Shown here in pieces: positions 53,495 through 62,359 of a DNA stretch of 64,000 bases. The notes beneath the pieces were generated by a model that made no database searches, was not told where the DNA came from, and was given only the letters and a program-made list of their open reading frames with translations. A program made the translations under genes and the position numbers. This DNA is from Deltaproteobacteria bacterium (lineage in GTDB: Bacteria; Myxococcota_A; UBA9160; SMWR01). Numbering within the stretch: position 1 is the first letter of the stretch; the number at the start of each line of letters is the position of its first letter. Location: positions 64,001-128,000 of the forward strand of contig JAQBHB010000041.1 of assembly GCA_032128115.1 (NCBI GenBank), read 5' to 3'.

Positions 53495-54747
53495 CGCTGC
53501 CACTCGCGACGAGCCGCCGCGCCGAAGAACACCCCGCCGGAGACGAAGCAGAACACGAGCGACAGATCACGCCACAACAGCAGCCAACCGGGCCACGTGG
53601 GGTAGGCGCGAAAATCCCACTTATCCATCAGCAGCAGATCGCCGCAGAAGAGCGCATAGGCACTGTAGACGTAGCCGCCGATGGTCAGTGTGGCGAGGAC
53701 GGCGAACAGGGGCCGAGGGAAGAACCAGAACGGGATCGACCAGGCCAGGTACTGGAACGACAGGAAGTTGTTGTTCATGGCGTAGAAGATCATGAACGAG
53801 GCACACACGCTCACGCCCAGCTCGCGAGCCGTGCGCTGGTTTCGGCGCAGCCAGGCATGAATCACAAGCGGCAACAGGCACGCGAGCGTGTTGTGGTGGG
53901 CGTGGAAGCGGATCCACGACTCGACCACACCGCGCGGCCCGGCCGGCAGCGCATCGACGATGCCGAAGACGCTCCACACGGTCCAGATGGGCGTTCCGCC
54001 CGGGGTGGTGATGTTGAGGCCCGGATAGGCGATGACCCGCTGGAAGACCAGGAGTGGCGCCTCCCACAGCACCGGCAGATACGTGGAGATCCCGACGAGA
54101 AGCGCCGTGGCCGCGAAGCGAATACGCGCCGGCCAATCCGGAAAGGCGAAGAGCAGCACCGGGGCCGCCAGCGACACCGGCAGCTTCACCCAGAACCCGA
54201 TGCCCAGGGCCACGCCAGCGAGAAGTGGCCGCCTCTGCGCGGCGCCGCGCAGGGCCAGCAGGCAGAAGAACGCCACCGCCGTGTCGGTGTTGCCATGGTA
54301 GGACGAGTACAGGATGGCTAACGGGTGCAACCAGTAGCCGGCGAAGATCGCGTACCGGAACCGCGAGCCCTGGAAGAGCTTCAGGAGCAGCCATGCGTTG
54401 CCCAGGTCGACGAGCGCGAAAGGCGCGCGCAACACCACCCGGAACGGGATGTCGGTTGCTTTGCCGAACAGCCACAGCCACGACATCAGCTTCCCGATGA
54501 AGGGCGGGTGGTTGAAGACCTCCTGCCACCCGTAGTAACCCACCAGTCCGTACTCGACGGTCCATCCGGCATGGCTGGACCAGATGGCAACGTCGTCGGT
54601 CCCCAAGGTGGCGATCACCAGATAGGCGCGAAGTGCTGTGCCGATGGCCAGGGCGATCCAGAGCCAGGGCCCCGCCGATTGGAGGAAGTGCAGGCGCTCT
54701 CCGAACGCCTGCAACCCGGATCGGGCCTCAGGCGACGTTGCGGTCAT
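53479..54747 (-). CDS. GT-C glycosyltransferase (GT87/PIG-M-like)
   Basis: GTDDV acidic motif after TM1, FNHPPF, HPLAI...HGNTD, VKLP, FQYLAW. Confidence 0.7.
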   Translation of the reverse strand: MTATSPEARSGLQAFGERLHFLQSAGPWLWIALAIGTALRAYLVIATLGTDDVAIWSSHAGWTVEYGLVGYYGWQEVFNHPPFIGKLMSWLWLFGKATDIPFRVVLRAPFALVDLGNAWLLLKLFQGSRFRYAIFAGYWLHPLAILYSSYHGNTDTAVAFFCLLALRGAAQRRPLLAGVALGIGFWVKLPVSLAAPVLLFAFPDWPARIRFAATALLVGISTYLPVLWEAPLLVFQRVIAYPGLNITTPGGTPIWTVWSVFGIVDALPAGPRGVVESWIRFHAHHNTLACLLPLVIHAWLRRNQRTARELGVSVCASFMIFYAMNNNFLSFQYLAWSIPFWFFPRPLFAVLATLTIGGYVYSAYALFCGDLLLMDKWDFRAYPTWPGWLLLWRDLSLVFCFVSGGVFFGAAARREWQRWRTA

Positions 54748-56338
54748 GGGATCCCGAAGAGTGGACGTGGCGCCGGCGCAGAGCGAGGATTCCTGCACCT
54801 ACGAGTGTAATCCCGCTGATCGCCGCACCCGCGACGAAGTACTTCGGTCGGTAGATCATGACCAGATCGCGCTCGCCGGCGGGAAGATCGAGGGCGAGCT
54901 TGCCCTGCTCGTTTTCTGCGGGAAACGCGTCGATCCGCCACTCGGCGGCCCCCTTTCCCCAGCGGAAGGGAAATACCACGCGCCCGGGTTGGGCGACGCG
55001 CGCCCGATAGACCAGACGGTTGGGAGCGAAGGCCACCAGCTCCGCAGTGGCGCCGCCGGGCGTCCCCAATTGGATGGGAAGCGGGCGGTGATCCGTCGAC
55101 CGGAGAGGTTCGCCAAGGGCGGCGCGTTGCCACGGGAGACTCGCCGTGTAGAGACCGAACCCCGCCCCCGCCAGCAGCGCGAACGCCGCCGCCGGGACAC
55201 CGCGGGGCCAGCGCGCATGCGTGCGATCCCACAGCCGCTCGAGTCCCAGGGCCGAGATGAAGATCGACAACGAGATCGCCGGGAACAGCAATCGGGACGG
55301 GCCGCGCTGGCTGCGCCAGACCGGAAGCCCCTCGAGCCACGGCCAGGGCGACAGCGACCATTCGAGCGACAGCAGCGCGAAGATGCCGGCCACCACCCAC
55401 AACGCCCGGAAGCGCCGCGCCGATGCCAGCCCCACCGCGACACAGGCGAACGCGACCGGTCCCAGGTAGAAGGCGTACTCCCACCAACCGGCGCCGTGGC
55501 GGTAGTCGAGGCCCGGCACCGCGCTCCCCGGATGCTGGCCTCCCGCCACCAGGCTCGCCAACAACAGCGACGGCGGCATTCCGGGCACGCGGGCCGTGGG
55601 TGCATAGTCGGCGAACTCGGCCCACAGGGGCAGGATCTTCAGCGCGCCAAGCCCAAGCGTCGCCGCCACCACCTGGCCCCAGCGCACCACGGGAAACCAG
55701 GCGCGTACCGACAGGGCCCACACCACGGCGATCATCGAAAGCATCAGATTCTGCCAGACGAAGGGCTGGTGTTGTCCGCCGAAGATGGTGATGGCGTTCA
55801 GGGCCGCAGCAGCCCACAGCGCGGAAGCGCTACCCAGTGCGGCGCGTCGGTAGAGGGCCAGCAGCATCGGCAGCAGGAGACCACCCATGGCCCACGGGTG
55901 CCCTACACACAGGTGCGAGACGAAGAAACCCTGGAACGCGAAGATACCTCCGGCGAGGGCGGCGATCTCACGTCGCACGCCCACATCGCGCAGGAGCCAC
56001 ACGGTTCCCGCGAAGCCAGCCGCCGTGAAGACCACGAGTAACAACTTGATGTAGGCCCCGGTGGGCAGAAACCACAACAACGGAACCAGGGGGCCCAGGG
56101 CCGGCGACTCGGCGTTGGCCAGGAAATTCTTGGTGATCCAGGCGTCGTTCATGAACAGCGGAAGGGTTCCGAACTCGACGAGCGAGATGCGCACCCAGTC
56201 GAAGTAGCCGTAGTGGTGCGACGCCCAATCGTGGTGGTCCAGGGAGCCGCCGAACAGCAACGTCGAGTAGAACGCGACGGCGAGCACGCATCCGACGGCG
56301 AAGGCGGCCGCGAGTTCGCGGAGCGCGCCTCGGGTCAC
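54728..56338 (-). CDS. YfhO-like GT-C membrane protein
   Basis: HHDW...FGTLPL...FLANAES loop, YAFYLG, RGPSR, C-terminal FAPNRL...YRP + TM; GTGA overlap with the upstream decarboxylase. Confidence 0.6.
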   Translation of the reverse strand: MTRGALRELAAAFAVGCVLAVAFYSTLLFGGSLDHHDWASHHYGYFDWVRISLVEFGTLPLFMNDAWITKNFLANAESPALGPLVPLLWFLPTGAYIKLLLVVFTAAGFAGTVWLLRDVGVRREIAALAGGIFAFQGFFVSHLCVGHPWAMGGLLLPMLLALYRRAALGSASALWAAAALNAITIFGGQHQPFVWQNLMLSMIAVVWALSVRAWFPVVRWGQVVAATLGLGALKILPLWAEFADYAPTARVPGMPPSLLLASLVAGGQHPGSAVPGLDYRHGAGWWEYAFYLGPVAFACVAVGLASARRFRALWVVAGIFALLSLEWSLSPWPWLEGLPVWRSQRGPSRLLFPAISLSIFISALGLERLWDRTHARWPRGVPAAAFALLAGAGFGLYTASLPWQRAALGEPLRSTDHRPLPIQLGTPGGATAELVAFAPNRLVYRARVAQPGRVVFPFRWGKGAAEWRIDAFPAENEQGKLALDLPAGERDLVMIYRPKYFVAGAAISGITLVGAGILALRRRHVHSSGSHDRNVA

Positions 56339-58008
56339 CGGCCCCCCGCGGTGGCAAGACGCGCCGTGCGACTGGTCTCGCGGATGTAGCGCCGGCTCAC
56401 CGGGGACAGATCGTTGACGGGCGTGATGCACTCGATGATCACGAACCCGCTCAGCTTGTGCGCCTCGCCAAGGGCTTTGCAAAGCTCGTCCCGGTTCTCG
56501 ACCCGAACTCCCACGCCGCCCCACGCCCTGGCGAGCTCGGCGTAGGGCCAGGGCGGAATCTCCAGCAGATCCATACGCGGCGACACCGGACGGAAGATTC
56601 CCCACCCCGAGTTGTTCACCAGCACGACGATGGGCGACAGACCCCGGGCAGGCGCGTGGGAGATCTCGGGGCCCGTCATCTGGAAGCCCCCGTCGCCGCA
56701 CAGCACCAGGGGCCGCCGGCCCGTACCGATCTGGGCGCCCAGGGCCGCCGGGATCGCGAAGCCCATGGACGCGTAGTAGCCCTGTGCGAAATACAGGCCT
56801 CCCTCTCGTTGCCGGATCTCGAGGCCTCCGAAAAGCATGTCCCCCGATTCGGCGAACACATCGTAACCCCGGTGCGCCGCCAGGAACCCGTTCACCTCCA
56901 GCAACAGGTCATTGATGCTGAGGGGCTTCGACTTGCCCGTGTTCCCGCGCTTCAGGTTGTCGTGGTAGGTCACCTTCTCCCGGAAACGGGGCAGCTTTGC
57001 ACGCCGCAGGCTGGCGACGAAGTCCGCCACCGTCACGTCGGTGTAGGTGTGGTGAGAGATGTTGACGCGCTGACCGGCGGCCCAGATCGAGCGCTCCCGT
57101 TTCACCTGGGGCCTGGCGGCGCCCAGATTCATGTCCGTGAGCTGACTTCCCAACGACAACACCAGGTCTGCGCTCCGCACCCGTTTCTGGATCGCCGGCG
57201 GGCTGAAGGGCCCGATGTGGATCCCCATGTGAAGGGGGTGATCCATGGGAAACACGCCCTTGGCCAGCAGCGTGGTCAGCACGGGCGCGCCCAGCTTCTC
57301 CGCCAGGCTCCGGAACCCGTGCTCCGCCCGCTCCCGGTGGAGCTCGACGCCACCGATCAGGACCGGCCGCTTTGCCGCCTCGAGCCGCTCCACCGTGTCG
57401 GCCACGGCCTCGAGAAGCTTGCGGCGATCCGACCTGGGCCTCGAGAAGCTGCCGTCCCATTCGACGATGTGTCGAGGTACGGGAATCGGAATGTTCACCA
57501 TGTCGCGGTGAATCTCCAGGTAGCCGGGCCGGTGCTCTCTTCGGATCTTGCGCACCGCCTCATGCACCTGCTCCGCCGCAAGCTCCGGGTGCTTCAGGAT
57601 CCCCGCCGTGCAGGTCACCTCGGCGAACATCCGGGCCTGGGATTCCACGTCCTTCACCTGGTGGTGCACGCCACCCAGCTTCTGCTCGGCATCGCTGGGA
57701 CCCCCCGACACCACCAGCAGGGGCACCTGCTCGGCGTAGGCTCCGGCCACGGGGTTCAGCACGTTGTGGCCACCGGCCCCGTAGGTGACGCATACGACTC
57801 CCAGGCGCCGGGTGCTGCGCGCGTAGCCATCCGCGGCGAAACCCACCGCCGGCTCGTGGGAGAAGGTGACGATCGAAAGATCCCGGGCCTGACCGAAGCG
57901 GTGGAACAAACCCAACACCAGGTCACCGGGAAGCCCGAAGATGTGGGTGACACCCGCGCGTCGCAGATACGCGACCAGGAAGTCACCGAGCGGCATGCGC
58001 GATCGCAT
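56335..58008 (-). CDS. ThDP-dependent 2-oxoacid decarboxylase (indolepyruvate/phenylpyruvate decarboxylase-like)
   Basis: FGLPGD, SHEPAVGFAADGYAR, VTYGAG, HHQ, YYASMGF, ThDP motif GDGGFQMTG...NN. Confidence 0.88.
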   Translation of the reverse strand: MRSRMPLGDFLVAYLRRAGVTHIFGLPGDLVLGLFHRFGQARDLSIVTFSHEPAVGFAADGYARSTRRLGVVCVTYGAGGHNVLNPVAGAYAEQVPLLVVSGGPSDAEQKLGGVHHQVKDVESQARMFAEVTCTAGILKHPELAAEQVHEAVRKIRREHRPGYLEIHRDMVNIPIPVPRHIVEWDGSFSRPRSDRRKLLEAVADTVERLEAAKRPVLIGGVELHRERAEHGFRSLAEKLGAPVLTTLLAKGVFPMDHPLHMGIHIGPFSPPAIQKRVRSADLVLSLGSQLTDMNLGAARPQVKRERSIWAAGQRVNISHHTYTDVTVADFVASLRRAKLPRFREKVTYHDNLKRGNTGKSKPLSINDLLLEVNGFLAAHRGYDVFAESGDMLFGGLEIRQREGGLYFAQGYYASMGFAIPAALGAQIGTGRRPLVLCGDGGFQMTGPEISHAPARGLSPIVVLVNNSGWGIFRPVSPRMDLLEIPPWPYAELARAWGGVGVRVENRDELCKALGEAHKLSGFVIIECITPVNDLSPVSRRYIRETSRTARLATAGGR

Positions 58009-58157
58009 GTCGGATGAACCTCTGCCCTGTGCGGCGGAGCCGAGCCTAGCTCGCTCTGCCGGGTACGCCTGCCACACGAGGAGCCGAGACCGGCTCGCGC
58101 CCGCCTCCCGGCGGGGCGGGTCCGCTACGATCCGGCCTCCAGAACCCCGGACGGACC

Positions 58158-60227
58158 ATGTCCACGGCCACAGATCCGAGAGCGCGCGGCACCAGCCACC
58201 TGTTCATGGTGGGGGTCGCCACCGCGTGTGGGCTGGCGGGGGCCTTCGGCGCCGTCGTCTTCCGTTTCATGATCGCCTTCGTCCAATCCGTCTTCTTCGA
58301 GGGCTGGGCGGGTCTCGAGGCGCTGTTCGAGCGCGGCCTGCTGGCCGAGATCCACGACCCGCTGGCGGCCGCCCAGTCCCTGGATTGGTACTGGCGATTG
58401 TTGCTGCCGGCCATCGGCGGCCTGATCGTGGGTCCCCTGATCTACCGGTTCGCCCGCGAGGCCAAGGGCCACGGCGTTCCCGAGGTGATGGCGGCCGTGG
58501 CGCTGCGTGGCGGCGTGATCCGGCGACGCGTGGTCGCCGTAAAGGCTCTGGCCTCGGCCATCAGCATCGGCTCCGGGGGCTCGGTGGGCCGAGAGGGTCC
58601 CATCGTCCATATCGCCTCTGCGCTCGGGTCGAGCATTGGACAGCTGCTGCGGGTTCCGGCCAGTCAGCTCCGCACCCTCGTCGGGTGCGGCGCCGCCGCC
58701 GGCATCGCCGCCACCTTCAACGCGCCGATCGCCGGCGCGCTGTTCGCGGCCGAAATCGTGGTGGGCAATTTCGCCGTGGCGCAGCTGTCGCCGATCGTGA
58801 TCTCTTCAGTGGTGGCGACCGTGGTGTCGCGCTTCTTCCTGGGCAACCACCCCGCCTTCGTGGTGCCCCCCTACGAGCTGGTGAGCCCGTTCGAGCTGCT
58901 GCCCTATGTGGTGGCGGGTCTGATGGCGGGAATCGTCGCGGTCGTGTTCATGCGTTCGCTCTACTTCAGCGAGGACGCCTTCGAGCGCTTCCCCATCCCC
59001 GAGTGGTCGCGCGCCGCCGTGGGCGGACTCCTGGTGGGCGCCATCGGCATCTCGCTGCCGAACGTCTTCGGAGTGGGATACAGCACCATCAACCTGGCGC
59101 TGGTGGGGGGGATCCCGGTAGCGACCCTGGGAATCCTGCTGCTGGCCAAGATCGCGGCCACCTCGCTCACGATCGGATCCGGCGGATCCGGCGGCATCTT
59201 CGCCCCGTCCCTGTTCTTGGGGGCCGTCACCGGCGGCTTCATCGGAACCTTCGTCCACCAGTGGTTCCCCGACGCGACGGCCTCCTCGGGCGCCTACGCC
59301 CTGGTGACCATGGGGGCGGTGGTGGCCGCCGCCACCCATGCTCCGATCACCGCCATCATCATGATCTTCGAGCTCACCCAGACCATCAACATCATTCCAC
59401 CGCTGATGGCCGCGTGCGTCGTGAGCACCCTGGTCTCGACCTTCCTGGAGCGCGATTCGATCTACACCATGAAACTCAGGCGGCGCGGGATCAACCTGTA
59501 CGAAGAGGAGGAGCAGAACGTGCTGCGGAGCCTCTTCGTGCGTGACATCCTGGATCGCGAGCCCGAGCTGCTGCCGGCCAATGCAAGCTTCCAGACCGTG
59601 GTGGAGCGGGTGCTCGCCAGCAACCGCACCGAGTTCTTCGTGGTGACCGAGAGACGGGAAATACTGGGAATGATCCACCTGCGCGAGCTGATACGCATGT
59701 TGGTGGAGCAGGACGCCCTGAAGGGAATCGTGGTGGCCGACGATCTGATGGAGAGCGACCAGCCCACGGTGACCGAGGACGACGATCTCCACGTCGTGAT
59801 CCAGATGTTCAGCCACGGGCTCGCCGAGGAGATCCCGGTGGTAGAGGCCGGCAACGACAAGAAGCTGGTGGGCAGCGTCCACAAGCGCGACGTGATCCAC
59901 GCCTACAACCAGGAGGTGCTGCGCCGTGATCTGGCGGGCTCGATCCAGAGCACGGTGATCGTAGCCAGCAAGGGACAACAGGTGGAACTGGGTGGCGGAT
60001 ACGTGCTGCAGGAGGTGCAGCCGCCCCCGCGCTTCTTCGGGAACACGATCCGCGAACTCGCCATCGCCTCGCGCACCGGGGCGCAGGTGGTGTTGCTGCG
60101 AAAACGCGAAACGGCCGACGGCCGACCCATGCTGCGCGTCGCCAGCGGCGACGACATCATCGACGAGGGAGACCGGCTGGTCGTCGCCGGCACCAAAGCC
60201 GCGGTCGAATCCCTGGACGCGATCTAG
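58158..60227 (+). CDS. ClC chloride channel/antiporter with CBS pair and RCK_C (TrkA-C) domain
   Basis: GHGVPE, GREGP, FNAPIAG, GGIFAP, SIY; CBS region; C-terminal GNTIREL...GDRLVVAG. Confidence 0.92.
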   Translation: MSTATDPRARGTSHLFMVGVATACGLAGAFGAVVFRFMIAFVQSVFFEGWAGLEALFERGLLAEIHDPLAAAQSLDWYWRLLLPAIGGLIVGPLIYRFAREAKGHGVPEVMAAVALRGGVIRRRVVAVKALASAISIGSGGSVGREGPIVHIASALGSSIGQLLRVPASQLRTLVGCGAAAGIAATFNAPIAGALFAAEIVVGNFAVAQLSPIVISSVVATVVSRFFLGNHPAFVVPPYELVSPFELLPYVVAGLMAGIVAVVFMRSLYFSEDAFERFPIPEWSRAAVGGLLVGAIGISLPNVFGVGYSTINLALVGGIPVATLGILLLAKIAATSLTIGSGGSGGIFAPSLFLGAVTGGFIGTFVHQWFPDATASSGAYALVTMGAVVAAATHAPITAIIMIFELTQTINIIPPLMAACVVSTLVSTFLERDSIYTMKLRRRGINLYEEEEQNVLRSLFVRDILDREPELLPANASFQTVVERVLASNRTEFFVVTERREILGMIHLRELIRMLVEQDALKGIVVADDLMESDQPTVTEDDDLHVVIQMFSHGLAEEIPVVEAGNDKKLVGSVHKRDVIHAYNQEVLRRDLAGSIQSTVIVASKGQQVELGGGYVLQEVQPPPRFFGNTIRELAIASRTGAQVVLLRKRETADGRPMLRVASGDDIIDEGDRLVVAGTKAAVESLDAI

Positions 60228-60236
60228 CTCTAGAAT

Positions 60237-60323
60237 GGGGACGGGGTTGACTATTGACTTTTCGGCCCGCGCATCGGAATTGCCACCGGTCCCCTCGAAA
60301 AGTCAATAGTCAACCCCGTCCCC
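60237..60323. repeat. 87-bp inverted-repeat element, copy 2
   Basis: Arms 60237-60262 / 60298-60323 are identical to copy 1 (extends to a 30-bp perfect IR); 35-bp spacer; between convergent stops. Confidence 0.9.
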
Positions 60324-60326
60324 ATC

Positions 60327-60890
60327 TCAGAGAGCCTGGTCGATCACCAGGGTGATGCCGCGGTCGCCGGGGTCGAAGCTGCCCGGGGCCACGCCGTTCA
60401 GGTCGCCCGGGGATCTGGTGGTGGCGTTTCCATCCTGGTCGACGCGCGCGCTCAGGGTGAGCGGCCCGGCGAAGGGCATCGCCTCGATCATCCGATCCTC
60501 GGGACCGATCGAAAACTCGAGCGGAAAACTGGGGCGGGGAACGCGCACCACCGCCAGGGGCGGGCCACCGTCGCCGCGCCGAGCGACCAGGAAGAGCACC
60601 GCATCGGGCGGCACCCGGTCGGCCAGCTCCGGCGCCAGGCGGACGATTCCCTCCAATGGCGCAGACGACGAGACCACGGGCGCCGCGCCGCGGCCTCCCT
60701 GGAGAGAGGGAGCGGGCGGCATCTCGGCCACCGGCGCTGCGGGTTCAGAGCCGGCCGGGAAGATCGCGGAGAGATCCGGCTCCTCGGGCTCTTCCGAGGG
60801 ATCGAAGGGTTCGACGGCACGATCGCAGGCCGCCAGTCCGATGGCAGCGGAAACGGTCAGGACGACGAAGGCGAAGCGCAGACCCACCAT
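60327..60890 (-). CDS. Lipoprotein resembling the CcmI/CycH C-terminal Ig-like domain
   Basis: Lipobox LAA-C; VLFLVAR...PPLAV...FPLEFSI...LSARVDQDGNA...GDL. Confidence 0.75.
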   Translation of the reverse strand: MVGLRFAFVVLTVSAAIGLAACDRAVEPFDPSEEPEEPDLSAIFPAGSEPAAPVAEMPPAPSLQGGRGAAPVVSSSAPLEGIVRLAPELADRVPPDAVLFLVARRGDGGPPLAVVRVPRPSFPLEFSIGPEDRMIEAMPFAGPLTLSARVDQDGNATTRSPGDLNGVAPGSFDPGDRGITLVIDQAL

Positions 60891-60952
60891 GGGCGCACGA
60901 CGCTAGCACGACGTCCTCTGGACTGCGTTCGCCGCCGGCGCACCGCGCGCTC

Positions 60953-62128
60953 CTACGGCGCCTGCAATCCGCGCTCGTCTGCCGCGAGCACGAAGCCCAA
61001 CAGGTAGGCGAGGGTTCCATCGAGCGCGTCTTCATGGACTCGATCCCGGGAGTCGCGCCACGAGTGCAGGCCACGGGTGAACCGCACTCCGGGTTCGGCC
61101 GACACCAGGGTCGCGGCCGGAATTCCGGCTGCGAGGAAGGAGTGCGCGTCGGTGGCGCCGCCGAAAGTCGTCACCACCAGGGGCGTGCCGAAGCGCTCGC
61201 GGTGCTGCTCATCGAGGAGCGCAACGATCCGGGGATCGGGCGGGTAGTCGCTCAATGTGCTGCGCTCGTGCCCAAGCACCGCGTGTGCGCGAGAAGCGCC
61301 GATCCCCTCCAGGTTGACGACGAACGTGGGAATCTCCGGGGGCTCCGGGTACTCGATCGCTACGAATTCCAGGGATCCCTGGCGTCCCACTTCTTCCGCC
61401 GACAACAGGGCGATCTCCACCTGGGTCCGCTCGAGCGCCGGCAGCCCGGCGATCTCCAGCGCCAGTCGGGCCAGCACCGCACAAGCCCCCCCGTCGTCCA
61501 GGGCCCCGGGGCTCCGACGGGGAACGAATGCCCCCGCCGAGAGCGTCACGAACAGGGCCACTCCCAGAAGACCCCCGACCACCGCCACGCCCCGCACCAG
61601 GTGTCGGCGAAGCCGTGTGGCCGGGCCGCCCCACAGGGCGGCGCCGGCGCCCAGGATCATCAGGAACGCCATGGGCAGAGCTGCCAACTCCACGGGAGCG
61701 CGTTGCACGTGGTCGAGAGCGTCGGTCTTGGTGTCGTAGTGGGCCGTGAAGAGCAGACGCTGTTGGACAGCCTCGACGGGAAAGCGCGCCACCACGTGGT
61801 GCTGCTCGCGCGCGCCGATCCACGAGAACAGCGGAACGTGGAGTTCGAGCTGCGCCAGCAGCAGCGCGGGCAACGCGAGCGCCACCACCAGGGCCCAAGC
61901 GTGGCGTCCGCCCCACATCAGGCGCGCGTACAGCAGGCTCCCGGCCAGGGCCACGACGCCCGCCAACCGCAGCCCGTAGGGCTCGGCTGCGAAGGCCACC
62001 CGTTCCGCCGCGACGCCCGAACGGTCGAGGAACTCCAGAAGGAAGCTGGCGGTCTGGTCGAGAGCCGCAGTCCCGTTCTCCCGGGGCACCTCGGTCAGGT
62101 GCTTCAGCAGCTCGTCCCAGCGTGTCAT
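60953..62128 (-). CDS. M28 family peptidase, membrane associated
   Basis: TAHYDTK, GALDDG, SAEEVG, NLEG, TDA, LHSWRD. Confidence 0.88.
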   Translation of the reverse strand: MTRWDELLKHLTEVPRENGTAALDQTASFLLEFLDRSGVAAERVAFAAEPYGLRLAGVVALAGSLLYARLMWGGRHAWALVVALALPALLLAQLELHVPLFSWIGAREQHHVVARFPVEAVQQRLLFTAHYDTKTDALDHVQRAPVELAALPMAFLMILGAGAALWGGPATRLRRHLVRGVAVVGGLLGVALFVTLSAGAFVPRRSPGALDDGGACAVLARLALEIAGLPALERTQVEIALLSAEEVGRQGSLEFVAIEYPEPPEIPTFVVNLEGIGASRAHAVLGHERSTLSDYPPDPRIVALLDEQHRERFGTPLVVTTFGGATDAHSFLAAGIPAATLVSAEPGVRFTRGLHSWRDSRDRVHEDALDGTLAYLLGFVLAADERGLQAP

Positions 62129-62161
62129 GGGAAGTGAAACACGATCCGAAGCGCTCCTGCA

Positions 62162-62190
62162 TTGAGTGCGGTGAATGCGGGTGATAGGCT
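62162..62190 (+). promoter_or_regulatory. sigma70-type promoter TTGAGT-N17-TAGGCT with TGn extension
   Basis: Exact 17-nt spacing, 12 nt upstream of the riboswitch P1. Confidence 0.55.
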
Positions 62191-62202
62191 ATCGGAAACT
62201 GC

Positions 62203-62287
62203 GGAGCCTAGGGGTGGCCGGCTGCTCCCGGCCTGAGATCAGACCCTTCGAACCTGAACTCGTTAGCACGAGCGTAGGCAAGGCTTC
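62203..62287 (+). ncRNA. TPP riboswitch
   Basis: P1 GGAGCC/GGCTTC, AGGGGTG, CTGAGA, ACCCTTCGAACCTGA, GCGTAGG; directly upstream of thiC. Confidence 0.93.
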
Positions 62288-62359
62288 TCGAGGCATGGCC
62301 CCCGCTGTCTCGCGGCGCTCCGCCCCCACCAGGGCCTTCGGGCCCGGGAGTGTCACGTC

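Noticed and set aside
50108..53605. 1165-aa plus-strand ORF
   Set aside because: Antisense shadow of GT9 and the large membrane protein.
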